Shown: positions 1 through 10,210 of the stretch, piece by piece
Layout of the letters: every line of letters starts with the position of its first letter
Position numbering within the stretch: position 1 is the stretch's first letter
Assembly: GCA_020632265.1 (NCBI GenBank)
Contig: JACKFW010000001.1
Coordinates: 534,846 to 598,845, forward strand
Reading direction: 5' to 3'
DNA from: Pseudomonadales bacterium
GTDB lineage: Bacteria > Patescibacteriota > Microgenomatia > UBA1400 > PJMF01
DNA length: 64,000 bases
The notes under the pieces: model-generated
Database searches by the model: none
What the model was told of the DNA's origin: nothing
What the model saw: the letters and a program-made list of their open reading frames with translations, nothing else
Position numbers and translations under genes: made by a program

Positions 1-1
1 T

Positions 2-307
2 CACATTCTTTCAGCTTTTCAAATTCTGGAAATGTTAAAAATTAAAGGTAATAAATATAATAAAACTAGTGTTTATAGAGCCTTAGAAAAATTATTAGTA
101 GAAGGAAAAATCTGCAAACAAAATTTTGGAAATGATGAATTCAAATATGAATTAAGAAAACAACATCATGATCACGCTATTTGTGACAAGTGTAAAAAAG
201 TAATTTCTGTAAAGTGTCACGACCGTTGGCCAAAAAAGGTATCGGGATTCACAATTGATCATCATCATTCAACTTTATATGGATTATGTAAAGATTGTTC
301 AAAATAA
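2..307 (+). CDS. Fur-family metal-responsive transcriptional regulator, C-terminal part (5' end lies outside the window)
   Basis: The frame is open from position 2. The HHDH motif followed by two CxxC pairs (CDKCKK ... CKDC) is typical of the Fur/Zur/PerR dimerisation and metal-binding domain. Confidence 0.55.
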   Translation, partial: HILSAFQILEMLKIKGNKYNKTSVYRALEKLLVEGKICKQNFGNDEFKYELRKQHHDHAICDKCKKVISVKCHDRWPKKVSGFTIDHHHSTLYGLCKDCSK

Positions 308-423
308 TCACTTATATAAAGATAGTATTAGAAATATTAGTTTGCATTGGTCAAAAAAAACTTTTTAAAAAAGTATATTTTTAGAAAGAATTGTAGGCAT
401 TAATAAAATTAGTGTAAAAATTT

Positions 424-1887
424 GTGAAAGATCAAAACACAATCATTAGATTTGAAAAAGTATCATTTGCTTTTTCTCATAACAAGCCAATTTTAAATGA
501 GGTTAGTTTTTCTGTGAGAAAAAATATGAAAGTTGCCCTGATGGGACAAAATGGCGCTGGCAAAAGTACCTTATTCAAATTATTAACTGGTGAAATTAAA
601 CCAAATTCTGGAGAGATTTCAGTTGATAAGAAAATGACAATTGCCACAGCCTTTCAGGTCATCTCCCCCTTAGATCTTTCGTTAACAATTCTTGAATACT
701 TTCAAAAATTTTGCCCACTAGAAATTCATGAAGTTAAAAAGAAAATGGCCGGAGTTCTAAATGCAATTGGAATGATAGCCCCCGATGATAAAATTCTTAA
801 CGATTTTTCCGGAGGTCAACAAGCTCGAATTTTATTAGCAGCGGCATTAATTCAAAACCCTGATTTATTACTTCTTGATGAACCAACCAACAATCTTGAC
901 TACAATGGTATTGCACACCTAACAGAATTTTTAGCAAATTACCAAAAAAGCGTTGTTGTGATTTCTCATGATGCAGAATTTTTAAATTCCTTCACAAAAG
1001 GGGTTTTATACTTAGATAGTTATACTCAGAAAATCGAACAATATGCTGGTGATTATTACGATGTTGTTGATGAAATTTCTGCTCGTATTGAAAAAGAAAA
1101 TCGTTTAAATGCACAAAAAGCCAAAGGAATTCAAGAAAACAAAGAAAAAGCTAATTTCTTTGCACACAAGGGTGGAAAAATGAGAAAAGTTGCCAAAAAA
1201 ATGAGAGAGAAAATTGAATTATATGAAAGTGAAAAAGTTGACGTTCGCAAAGAGGATAAGACTATTCGACCTTTTAAAATTCCAGTGCAAAAAGATTATC
1301 CAAATGATGTTTTAAAAATTACTTCATTTGAAATACTTCAAAACCATAAAAGAATTACAAAAACAACCGACATTATATTAATGAAAGGCAGACATTTGCA
1401 AATTATTGGACCAAACGGTATTGGTAAAAGCACTCTTATCGAATCAATGGCTAACGGAAACCAACCAGGATTAAAAATTCCAGATAATTTGCGTGTAGGT
1501 TATTACCGACAAGATTTTTCAACGCTGAATTTTGATAACACTGTTCATCAAGAACTAACTAAGGCCTTACTTAAATCCGGAGATGATAAAGGAGAAGAAT
1601 ATTTAAGATCAGTTGCTTCTGGATTTTTAATAAATTCAGAACTAATCAAATCAACAATTGGTAGTTTATCAGAAGGACAAAAGGGCTTAGTCTCTTTCGC
1701 ACGATTGGTTTTGCTTAGACCAGGACTATTAATTCTAGACGAACCGACAAACCACATTAACTTCCGCCATCTACCAATAATTGCCAAAGCGTTGAATGAT
1801 TTCGAAGGAGCAATGATCTTAGTTTCTCACGTTGATGAGTTCGTATGGCAAATACAAATTGATGATGTTTTAGACTTAGAAAATTAG
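424..1887 (+). CDS. ABC-F family ATPase (two tandem ABC nucleotide-binding domains, no TM domain)
   Basis: Two Walker A motifs (GQNGAGKST and GPNGIGKST) and two ABC signature motifs (FSGGQQ, LSEGQK). Walker B motifs are LLLLDEPTN and LILDEPTN. A charged linker separates the domains. GTG start. Confidence 0.8.
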   Translation: MKDQNTIIRFEKVSFAFSHNKPILNEVSFSVRKNMKVALMGQNGAGKSTLFKLLTGEIKPNSGEISVDKKMTIATAFQVISPLDLSLTILEYFQKFCPLEIHEVKKKMAGVLNAIGMIAPDDKILNDFSGGQQARILLAAALIQNPDLLLLDEPTNNLDYNGIAHLTEFLANYQKSVVVISHDAEFLNSFTKGVLYLDSYTQKIEQYAGDYYDVVDEISARIEKENRLNAQKAKGIQENKEKANFFAHKGGKMRKVAKKMREKIELYESEKVDVRKEDKTIRPFKIPVQKDYPNDVLKITSFEILQNHKRITKTTDIILMKGRHLQIIGPNGIGKSTLIESMANGNQPGLKIPDNLRVGYYRQDFSTLNFDNTVHQELTKALLKSGDDKGEEYLRSVASGFLINSELIKSTIGSLSEGQKGLVSFARLVLLRPGLLILDEPTNHINFRHLPIIAKALNDFEGAMILVSHVDEFVWQIQIDDVLDLEN

Positions 1888-1897
1888 ATTTCCAAAT

Positions 1898-2854
1898 TTA
1901 TTTCAGTAATCTAATCCTAGCTATCAGACCCGCAATACTTCCATAAATCACAAAAAAATCAGATGAAATTTGAAGTACAGGAAACCAAAGCATTACTCTT
2001 GATAAATGGGTATAATTCTTTAATATTGACCACAAAATATAACCTGTAATGAGAAGTGGTAGGAGCACATATAAAATCCAAAAGTTGAGATTTATAAAAC
2101 CATAAAATAATAATAAAAATCCAAATAAATACCTAATAAAAATAAGCAAAACCTTCGGACGAATAATACCCGCATAAACATCTCCGCGAGCAAATCTAAA
2201 AATCATCCTACAAAAATCTTTGAGATTTGAACACGGTATCCAATTTACTAAGGCTTTGCGAGCAAAAGCAATCGTGATTTTACTTGCTACAATTTTCTTG
2301 GCAAATACATAATCCTCATTGTCACCTAGCATTTCATCAAACCCCCCAACATTTTTCCAAATTTCCTTTTTTAACAATAGTGAACGAGTTGCTGGTAAAA
2401 ATTTATTTTCATTTAGATTCTTTGGCATCACCAAAACGTAAGGAACCACTGCTTCTTGAAAGGATGTGCCACTAAGTGCTTGATAATATCCGGCAATAAC
2501 TTTTGCTTGAGATCGAACTTGTTTTACAACCAGTTCTTTTAACCAATTCTTATCTAGAATACAGCCAGCATCTGTGATTGCAATCCATTCGTTCCTAGCT
2601 TTCATGATGGCGTAATTTCTACCCACACTTCTATTACCATTTTTACCAAAGACTTTAATTTCAAAATTGTTATTCCCTTGAATATTATTTTCCTGAATAA
2701 AATAATTAATTTTTGCAACGGTATGATCTTCTGATCCTCCGTCAACAATAATTACCTCATCGGGTTTTATAATTTGATCTGAAATACTTTTTAACAAATG
2801 ATCAATTGATTTTTCTTCATTTAAAACAGTGATAATCAAAGATACTTTTTTCAT
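1898..2854 (-). CDS. Family 2 glycosyltransferase with C-terminal transmembrane segment
   Basis: The N-terminus reads IITVLNEEKSI...IIVDGGSEDHT with a DxD-type GT-A fold signature. The C-terminus is hydrophobic. Confidence 0.7.
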   Translation of the reverse strand: MKKVSLIITVLNEEKSIDHLLKSISDQIIKPDEVIIVDGGSEDHTVAKINYFIQENNIQGNNNFEIKVFGKNGNRSVGRNYAIMKARNEWIAITDAGCILDKNWLKELVVKQVRSQAKVIAGYYQALSGTSFQEAVVPYVLVMPKNLNENKFLPATRSLLLKKEIWKNVGGFDEMLGDNEDYVFAKKIVASKITIAFARKALVNWIPCSNLKDFCRMIFRFARGDVYAGIIRPKVLLIFIRYLFGFLLLFYGFINLNFWILYVLLPLLITGYILWSILKNYTHLSRVMLWFPVLQISSDFFVIYGSIAGLIARIRLLK

Positions 2855-3996
2855 TTTAAGTAGCTTTTACTTTTTTTCCATAATTTTAAGTATATATTTA
2901 GAACCTTTTTCCAAGTTTGTTTTTGAGCAAAGTCTTTGGCATTTAATTCTGAGATTTTTTTAAATTTTGGTGATCCAAATAAATAGATAATTTTTCGATT
3001 CATCGATTCAATATTTTCAGCAATTAACATATATTTACTTCCAGGAAAATCCTCTAAATATGCTTTTTTTAGCTTATTAGAGTAAAATGCACATACCGTG
3101 TTTCCAGTTATTTGAGCCTCCAGAATAGATAAATATGAGGTGGCAAATATTAAGTCTTTCTTGACCAAATATCTGCTTACATTCTTTACAAATCCCGTTA
3201 CTTTGCCTAAATTAGCGCATTCTTCACTTAGTTCGCCCTCACCTACCCAAACTATATTGACTCTTTGTTCTTTAGCCCTAAATAACTTGACTAATTTTAT
3301 AAATTTTTCAACTTCATTATCTCTAGATAGTCTACCCAAAAAAGCAATGTTAATCTCATTTTTATTCCCATAAAGTTCGTTTTGATCTTCCTGAGATTCG
3401 TTGATTAAATTAGATTTTGTTAATCGTTTTGGGTTAATTGCTCCATAGGTAATATAGTCAGGCTTATCAAAATAGAATTTTTGAATATATGAACCCACAT
3501 GGATTGATCCAATTGCCAAGTTTGAATATACTAGTCTTTGAATCTTAGCAGATATTTCTACCGGAAATTTTGTCTCCCAACCATGAAAAGTTATAAATAC
3601 TTTATTTTTAATTAATTTGTAAATTGGTAATATCCACCAAAATACATCATGAACATGAATAATATCGGCACTTTCAAACAAATCCTTTAAATGTAAAAAG
3701 TATTTCCAAGTTTCAATTTTTTTTTCTGAACATGCGTGTGGAATTCTCATTACTATAACACCGTCACAATTTGCGGTCTCAGAAAGCTTTAAATCGTGTT
3801 GTTCAGTTATAACAATTACTTCATGACCCATTTTGACCAATAATGAATTTATCTCTTTTAAATGTATTTCAACTCCACCCAAGTGTGGAAGGTAATATTT
3901 TGCTAAGTGAATAATTTTCATTGAGTTAAAAATTAGCTTTGACTTTTGAGTATTTAATAAAGTCAATTTATTTGTAAGGTATTGAGTGCTATACAA
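2851..3996 (-). CDS. Family 4 (GT-B, group 1) glycosyltransferase
   Basis: GT4-like N-terminal Rossmann region (KIIHLAKYYLPHLGGVEIHL..GHEVIVIT) and a C-terminal E-x7-E-like region. It overlaps the upstream GT2 gene by 4 nt, consistent with an operon. Confidence 0.6.
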   Translation of the reverse strand: MYSTQYLTNKLTLLNTQKSKLIFNSMKIIHLAKYYLPHLGGVEIHLKEINSLLVKMGHEVIVITEQHDLKLSETANCDGVIVMRIPHACSEKKIETWKYFLHLKDLFESADIIHVHDVFWWILPIYKLIKNKVFITFHGWETKFPVEISAKIQRLVYSNLAIGSIHVGSYIQKFYFDKPDYITYGAINPKRLTKSNLINESQEDQNELYGNKNEINIAFLGRLSRDNEVEKFIKLVKLFRAKEQRVNIVWVGEGELSEECANLGKVTGFVKNVSRYLVKKDLIFATSYLSILEAQITGNTVCAFYSNKLKKAYLEDFPGSKYMLIAENIESMNRKIIYLFGSPKFKKISELNAKDFAQKQTWKKVLNIYLKLWKKSKSYLK

Positions 3997-5836
3997 ATTC
4001 TACTACATGAAACAATTTAAATGTAATCAAAGATATTCTATGAAAATTGTATTATTAATTACAATAAATTTATTTTTCATATATTTTACTGCGTTTAATA
4101 ATTTACCTATGGTTAGCGCACAAAGTATTGTTTTTGAGGATAATTTTACTAATGGATTTGAAAAGTGGGAATCAGTCAGAAACAATTTTGATATGTGGAG
4201 CATTATTGAAGACCAAGCAAATGTATTCATTCAAAGAGGCTCAACTTTAGCAGAGCTTGTACCCAAAGATTTGTATTGGAATCCAGAATGGAAAAACATT
4301 TCATATGAAGTTGACTATAAATATCTACAAGGAGCAGACAAAAATATTTCATTTGGATTTAAAGATATTTTCAACTGGTATGAAATTCATTTTGTGGAAA
4401 GGTCATACTTCTTATCTCACATAAAAAATGGACGAGTAGTTTGGGATCAAAGTGGTGTCGCCGATATCATTTATAACTTTACTCACCATATCAAAATCAG
4501 ACTTAATGAAGGATTGATCATTGTGACAATAGATGACAAAGAAATTATCAATGTTATTGATCCTACATTTGATAATGATTATGGAAAAATTGGTATTAAA
4601 GCAGGTACCGGTGCAGTTCATCCTACATGGGCAATCTATGACAACATTGTTGTAAAAATCTTTAACAATCTAAGCAAACTCGAATTACATCCCCAAAAAC
4701 AAACTGATCAATTATGGAAAAATGAAGAATATGATTCAGCAGGTAACTGGGCAAATTACAAAAATATTGAACAATGGGGATGCCTTATATCATCGCTTTC
4801 GATGGTGATGAATTATCATGGAATTACATTAATGCCCGATTCCAGTCCAGTAAACCCTAGCACTCTTAATAATTGGCTTAAATCTCAGCCAGATGGGTAT
4901 ATTGGCGAAGGACTAGTTAACTGGCTATCTGTAACAAGATTGTCAAAATTAATTAGTGATTTATATCAGACTCCAAAACTCGAATATAAAAGAATCAACT
5001 CAGAGAGTCTAGAAGAAGCGAATAATCAAATCCAAAAAAATAATCCAGTCATCCTACAAATTCCTGGTCATTTTTTTGTTGGCAATGGAATCATCGAAGA
5101 ATCTGATCAACCTGACTTATATATAATCGATCCATCATATAATTATGAAAAGTTTTCTCAACACAAAGAATTACTACTATCAACTAGAATTCTTGAACCA
5201 ACGTTTTCAGACCTAAGTTATATACATTTAAGTTTTCGCTCAGATCTTAATGTTTCTGTAACAAATGTTGCTGGCGAAGAAATTGAAAACATCCAATTTT
5301 TTGATGATTATTTAAGAGACTTTTTCTTGGATGAAAATGTAGTTGGCGGAGGATACACACAAAACAATTCACCAATAACCAATATTATTGAAATTGAAAA
5401 ACCAACAAGTGATATATATAAAATTGAAGTTTCACAAAATAAATTTGGCCCATTTAATTTATCGATATTCACTTACACAAAAAGTGGTGAGCTCACAAAC
5501 CTCACCTACTCAGGAATAGTCGGTATAAATAAATTGCAATTAAAGCTTATATATAACAATGAGGGAATTTCCATACTTGAAGAAGAGATAGACCTAAAAA
5601 CAATTGCAAATGATATTGAAGAATTATTTGATGAAAAAGAAATTATGAAACACTATGTATATTTAGAATTAAAAAAATATGTCAACTTAGCCATAAATAG
5701 TGGTGAAACAAATACTGAAAGATATTTAAATGCGTTAACTGATTTAATTAATTGGTATAGTCCCCAGATTACTGAAACAGGTTTTCAATATCTTATCCAT
5801 AGATCAAGTGAAATAAAAGGTATAATACAAAGGTGA
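3986..5836 (+). CDS. Secreted multidomain protein: LamG/DUF1080-like jelly-roll domain plus papain-fold C39-like cysteine peptidase domain
   Basis: A signal peptide starts at the internal Met near 4040 (MKIVLLITINLFFIYFTAFNNLPMVSA|QS). A C39-like Cys motif (EQWGCLISSLSMVMNYHG) is followed by a His (QIPGHFFVGNG) and an Asp (IIDPSY) that could complete a catalytic triad. The N-terminal W/F-rich beta domain looks like DUF1080 or concanavalin folds. Confidence 0.45.
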   Translation: MLYKFYYMKQFKCNQRYSMKIVLLITINLFFIYFTAFNNLPMVSAQSIVFEDNFTNGFEKWESVRNNFDMWSIIEDQANVFIQRGSTLAELVPKDLYWNPEWKNISYEVDYKYLQGADKNISFGFKDIFNWYEIHFVERSYFLSHIKNGRVVWDQSGVADIIYNFTHHIKIRLNEGLIIVTIDDKEIINVIDPTFDNDYGKIGIKAGTGAVHPTWAIYDNIVVKIFNNLSKLELHPQKQTDQLWKNEEYDSAGNWANYKNIEQWGCLISSLSMVMNYHGITLMPDSSPVNPSTLNNWLKSQPDGYIGEGLVNWLSVTRLSKLISDLYQTPKLEYKRINSESLEEANNQIQKNNPVILQIPGHFFVGNGIIEESDQPDLYIIDPSYNYEKFSQHKELLLSTRILEPTFSDLSYIHLSFRSDLNVSVTNVAGEEIENIQFFDDYLRDFFLDENVVGGGYTQNNSPITNIIEIEKPTSDIYKIEVSQNKFGPFNLSIFTYTKSGELTNLTYSGIVGINKLQLKLIYNNEGISILEEEIDLKTIANDIEELFDEKEIMKHYVYLELKKYVNLAINSGETNTERYLNALTDLINWYSPQITETGFQYLIHRSSEIKGIIQR

Positions 5837-5877
5837 AAAAAGTATCATACAGCAATTACATATCAAAATAAAATCAA

Positions 5878-6993
5878 ATGGCAGATGCAACTAATCATAA
5901 ACCAAATTCTGATAACTTCTGGTTAACAATTAATAAACCGATATTTGGTCTTGCTCCAATGGATGGGATCACTGATCAACCATATCGTCATATTCAAAAG
6001 AAATATGGAAATCCCGACGTATTATATACAGAATTTACAAATGTTGAAGGTGTTTGCCATGGAGCCATCATCTTGCTAAAAGATTTTGAATACGATGAAA
6101 CTCAAAGACCCATTGTTGCTCAAATCTATGGAAAAACGCCAAAATACTTTAGGCAAGTTGCAACAATTCTATGTCAACTTGGTTTTGATGGCATTGATAT
6201 AAATATGGGTTGTCCTGCAAAAAGTGTTGATCAATCTGGATCTGGAGCAGCCCTCATCAAAACTCCAGAACTTGCACAAGAAATAATTAAAGCTACTCAA
6301 CAAGGAGTCGAAGATTATTTAAATGGAATTAAAGCAAAAGATTGCGAAGATATCTCAAAAAAAGTTGCCAAAGAAATTGAAATCAGGCATGCAAAATTGC
6401 CTAAAAAATTTAGACAGGCTAGAAACATTCCAGTTAGTGTTAAAACTAGGATTGGTTACTCAAAACCAGAAGTAGATCAATGGATTCCAAAATTACTTGA
6501 AATGAAACCTGCACTGATCGCAATTCATGGCAGAACTTTGAAACAACAATATTCTGGGCAAGCAGATTGGGATGAAATCAAAAAGGCCGCTAGACTCTGT
6601 CATCAAACTAATACTCTCATTCTTGGAAATGGTGATATCAAAGATATGAGCAATGCAGAAGAAAAAATAAGATCTTATGAAGTCGATGGAGTTCTAATTG
6701 GACGACTTTCTTTTGGTAATCCCTTTATATTTCAAAAAGAATCTGAAAAACAAAATAAAGAATTGCTTGGGGTGAAAAACCAAAATATATTTGAAGTCGC
6801 GCTAGATCATTGTAGAGTTTATGAACAAACTTATTCATCTGACTCAAAATATCATTTTATGCCCATGAGAAAGCACTTAGGTTGGTATGTTAAAAGTATT
6901 CCAAATGCAAAAATTGTACGCGCAGATTTATTTAAAACTACTAACTCTGATGAAGTTGAAAGCGTATTCAAAAAGTTTGGACTTATAGAATAG
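5878..6993 (+). CDS. tRNA-dihydrouridine synthase (Dus family) with an internal insertion of about 45 aa
   Basis: Conserved Dus motifs: LAPMDGITDQPYR, NMGCPAKSV, catalytic-Cys region, TIM-barrel FMN-binding pattern. Confidence 0.8.
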   Translation: MADATNHKPNSDNFWLTINKPIFGLAPMDGITDQPYRHIQKKYGNPDVLYTEFTNVEGVCHGAIILLKDFEYDETQRPIVAQIYGKTPKYFRQVATILCQLGFDGIDINMGCPAKSVDQSGSGAALIKTPELAQEIIKATQQGVEDYLNGIKAKDCEDISKKVAKEIEIRHAKLPKKFRQARNIPVSVKTRIGYSKPEVDQWIPKLLEMKPALIAIHGRTLKQQYSGQADWDEIKKAARLCHQTNTLILGNGDIKDMSNAEEKIRSYEVDGVLIGRLSFGNPFIFQKESEKQNKELLGVKNQNIFEVALDHCRVYEQTYSSDSKYHFMPMRKHLGWYVKSIPNAKIVRADLFKTTNSDEVESVFKKFGLIE

Positions 6994-7019
6994 CAAACTT
7001 CAGATATAATATATTTGAA

Positions 7020-7093
7020 GGTCGTATAGCTCAGTTGGTTAGAGCGCACGATTCACATTCGTGAGGTCCCTGGTTCGAGTCCAGGTACGACCA
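7020..7093 (+). tRNA. tRNA-Val (anticodon CAC)
   Basis: Cloverleaf read by eye. Acceptor GGTCGTA/TACGACC, D-stem GCTC/GAGC, anticodon stem CACGA/TCGTG with loop TTCACAT. Variable loop is 5 nt, T-arm CCTGG-TTCGAGT-CCAGG, discriminator A. No encoded CCA. Confidence 0.85.
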
Positions 7094-7121
7094 CAACGCA
7101 ATTTAATGATAAACTTAGATC

Positions 7122-8894
7122 ATGTCATTTTCAAAACTAAAATTGATTGGATTATTAGTTTTTATAGGTTTTATAACCTATCTTTCATCTCTTAATAACA
7201 AATTTGTTTGGGATGATGAACAATTTATCTATAATAATGCATATGTTAAAAACTTTGAAATTGGTAAAATTTTTACTGAAAATACAATAGCTGGAGCTGG
7301 AGAAATAAGTAGCTACTACCGCCCTCTGACTACTTTATCATTTGCCATGGATTACCAGTTATGGGAACTAAATCCCTTAGGATTTCACATAACAAATACT
7401 TTTTTACATATACTCTCTGGAATTATTTTGTTTTTGTTTCTGATAAATTTAAGCATTTCAAAAATTAAATCATTTTGGATTAGTACTATTTTTTTGATAC
7501 ATCCATTACAAACTGAGGCTGTTGTTTACGCAAATTCCCGTGGTGATTCTATGTATGTCTTCTGGAGTTTGTTGGGACTTTTTGCATTTTCCATGCTTTG
7601 CTTAAAAAAATATCCTAAATTTCAAATTTACGATCTAAGTTTGAAATTAGGAAAGGTTCAATTGTTGATTCTCACAGTTATTAGTTACTTGCTAAGCATA
7701 TTGGGGAAAGAAATTGGCATTGCTTCATTAGGACTATTTTTTTTAACATTTATTTATATTAATAGAAATATATTTCTTTTTCATACTAAAAATATTTCAA
7801 ACGAATTAAAAAAAATTGGAATACAATCCAGCACATTGTTATTATTATCAATTATCGCAACTGTCTATTTGATATTTAGAAAATTTATTTTGAACATTTC
7901 AACGAGTGTAAACTTTTATAATCCAAATTCTCCTTATGGATCAAGTTTATTTGTAAGATTACATACATTTTCAAAAGCGCTATGGACTTATTTCAAACTT
8001 ATAATTTATCCAACTAATTTGCACATGGAAAGAACTCTAGACATTATTACTGATTCATATTCTATTTGGTTATTTGCTTCAATTTTTTTATTCGTAATAG
8101 TCTTTATTGTTGGATATTTTGAATTAATAAAGAAACATACGGCCCTAATTTGGTTTGGTTTTTTATGGTTTATTATTATGCTCGTACCAGTCTCGGGAAT
8201 CATACCAATTAATGGTTTGATCTATGAACATTGGCTTTATATGCCAATAATTGGATTTATAATATTTACAATTGGAATAATTGCATTTGTTTTTGACAAT
8301 AAACTCAATAAAATCATTAAATATTCACTTCCAATTTTAATCATTATTTATATTGGCTTAACGATTAAACAAAATTATATTTGGGCGGATCCAATTAGAT
8401 TTTATCAATACACTCTTAATTACGTTCAGACCGCAAGATTATCTAACAATTTGGCAATGGCATATGCTCAGTCAGGTCAAAACCAACTTGCTGTTGAAAC
8501 CTACAAAAAAGCAATCGAGCTTTCTAACTATTATCCCCAGACTCATCACAATTTGGGAAATACATATCTGGCTATGAATGAAATTGAACTTGCGGAAGAT
8601 TCATTTAAAAGTGCAATTAGAATGAATAATGGGTTTTTTCCCTCTTATGGACCATTAATTAATATTTTAATTGATAAAGAACAGTATGATGAAGCTTTGC
8701 CTTTAATCAATCAACTTTATAAACAAAAACCCAATGATTTTCAAACTGGACTGATTTATTTAAACGCACTTTATAAAACTAACAAGCTTAAAGATGCTGA
8801 AGAGCAGTTACAAAATTTAAAAGATAGATTCGGCAAAAACATTAGGGCCAATGATTTAATTGATAAAGTTGTGAATGATTATACACAAAAATAA
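7122..8894 (+). CDS. Polytopic membrane protein with C-terminal TPR repeats (TMTC/PMT-like putative glycosyltransferase, DUF1736-like)
   Basis: About 11 predicted TM helices. The conserved N-terminal motif WDDEQFIYNN...YYRPLTTLSFAMDYQLW is typical of TMTC-like proteins. The C-terminal third has TPR-like repeats (LAMAYAQSGQNQLAVETYKKAIEL...). Confidence 0.55.
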   Translation: MSFSKLKLIGLLVFIGFITYLSSLNNKFVWDDEQFIYNNAYVKNFEIGKIFTENTIAGAGEISSYYRPLTTLSFAMDYQLWELNPLGFHITNTFLHILSGIILFLFLINLSISKIKSFWISTIFLIHPLQTEAVVYANSRGDSMYVFWSLLGLFAFSMLCLKKYPKFQIYDLSLKLGKVQLLILTVISYLLSILGKEIGIASLGLFFLTFIYINRNIFLFHTKNISNELKKIGIQSSTLLLLSIIATVYLIFRKFILNISTSVNFYNPNSPYGSSLFVRLHTFSKALWTYFKLIIYPTNLHMERTLDIITDSYSIWLFASIFLFVIVFIVGYFELIKKHTALIWFGFLWFIIMLVPVSGIIPINGLIYEHWLYMPIIGFIIFTIGIIAFVFDNKLNKIIKYSLPILIIIYIGLTIKQNYIWADPIRFYQYTLNYVQTARLSNNLAMAYAQSGQNQLAVETYKKAIELSNYYPQTHHNLGNTYLAMNEIELAEDSFKSAIRMNNGFFPSYGPLINILIDKEQYDEALPLINQLYKQKPNDFQTGLIYLNALYKTNKLKDAEEQLQNLKDRFGKNIRANDLIDKVVNDYTQK

Positions 8895-8917
8895 ATTTTA
8901 TCTTGTTATTATGAGTT

Positions 8918-9613
8918 GTGCCTTTAATTTTTCCCATAATAATCAAAAGAGTTGTTACACTCATTGTAGATATTATTTTCCCTTGTTTCTGTGTAAATTG
9001 TAACAAAATAGACACTTTACTTTGTAATAAATGTTTTGAAGAAATAGAATTTTATCTAAATTATCCAACAATTTCAATTAAAGAGTTATATTTTGACGAA
9101 GTCATAATTGCTTGTAAGTATTCCTCTGTATCAAAGAAATTAATTCACGAATTTAAATATAAAAGTGTAGTTAATATCAAAAATGTGATCGCTCAAATAA
9201 TATATCGAAGTACAAATTTTCCAAATTTAGAAATTATTATTCCGGTTCCAATACACAAAAAAAAATATAACCAAAGAGGTTTTAATCAAACTGAAGAAAT
9301 CTCAATTGAATTAGCGAAATTATCACATATTCCCACCTACAATTTTTTATCAAAAACCAAAGAAACTCAAAGCCAAATGTCAATTCAAAATAGAGAGAAA
9401 AGACTCAGTAATTTATCCAAAACATTTAGCATAAATAAAAATGTTGAAAATAATCTTCGTGAACTATATGCTTCCAAAAATATCAGCTTTCCAAAAACTG
9501 CTATTTTGATAGATGATGTTTTGACAACTGGAAGCACTCTTAATGAATGTGCGAAAGTGCTAAAAAATTATGGTTTTGAGAAGGTAATCGGTATTGTTTT
9601 TGCCAGTAAATAA
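8918..9613 (+). CDS. comFC: ComF-family phosphoribosyltransferase-domain protein (ComFC-like)
   Basis: N-terminal Cys4 zinc-finger-like segment (CFCVNCNK...CNKC) and a C-terminal PRTase motif (ILIDDVLTTGSTLNE). Confidence 0.65.
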   Translation: MPLIFPIIIKRVVTLIVDIIFPCFCVNCNKIDTLLCNKCFEEIEFYLNYPTISIKELYFDEVIIACKYSSVSKKLIHEFKYKSVVNIKNVIAQIIYRSTNFPNLEIIIPVPIHKKKYNQRGFNQTEEISIELAKLSHIPTYNFLSKTKETQSQMSIQNREKRLSNLSKTFSINKNVENNLRELYASKNISFPKTAILIDDVLTTGSTLNECAKVLKNYGFEKVIGIVFASK

Positions 9614-10210
9614 AATCGTATAAATTGTTTTTTCTGATTACTCAATTGTACCCAAATAGATCAACTATCTTTGTATATTACTTCAAAAAAACTAAAGCCA
9701 TTAATTATCAATATGATGTAATTTTTCAATTAAAATCTAGATATTTAATAAAAAAAGTGTATAATCTGATGGACATGGGGATGTATTGCTTTGACGTGAT
9801 ATGTACTTTAACATTTGCAGACCATCTTTGACTAAGAAAGATGTAAAACAGAGTCAAAAAATAATTGCAGATACAATTGCAACTAATGTTAAAAGCATGC
9901 TTACAGAGGTTAAATCCAATGTTGCTAGCTACTTAACACCAAATTACGCTTTCGTAGCATAATTCGGCATCAATTTAAATAATTTCATTGGCGTTTTTAA
10001 ACTTGATGATTCAACTTAAGTCAATGTGACGGGTTAGCATTCGTTTGTTGATGCAAACTTTAAGTAAAAATTGACAAAGATTGTGAAAAAAAGGTTTGTT
10101 TATTTTCCCATTTCACAGTAACAAAAACAAACTAAGTCTGTAGATAATGTTAGCTTGCTATTGCGGACACGAGGTCATTCCTCGTCATCTCCACAGATAC
10201 CTACTTATTG

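Noticed and set aside
1548-1787. Numerous 60-110-aa ORFs antisense to or overlapping large conserved genes. Examples are 1548..1787, 2284..2475, 3140..3373, 4027..4230, 4412..4621, 8006..8203, 13954..14208, 16106..16381, 19244..19570, 26409..26861, 45217..45768, 57298..57768 and 52406..52615.
   Set aside because: Each is fully contained within a longer ORF on the opposite strand or another frame that has clear conserved motifs. AT-rich sequence gives few stops in antisense frames, and there are no independent signals.
9625-9831. 68-aa plus-strand ORF after comFC
   Set aside because: Hydrophobic, aromatic-rich low-complexity sequence with no start-site signals. It lies in the ORF-poor spacer and is more likely non-coding.
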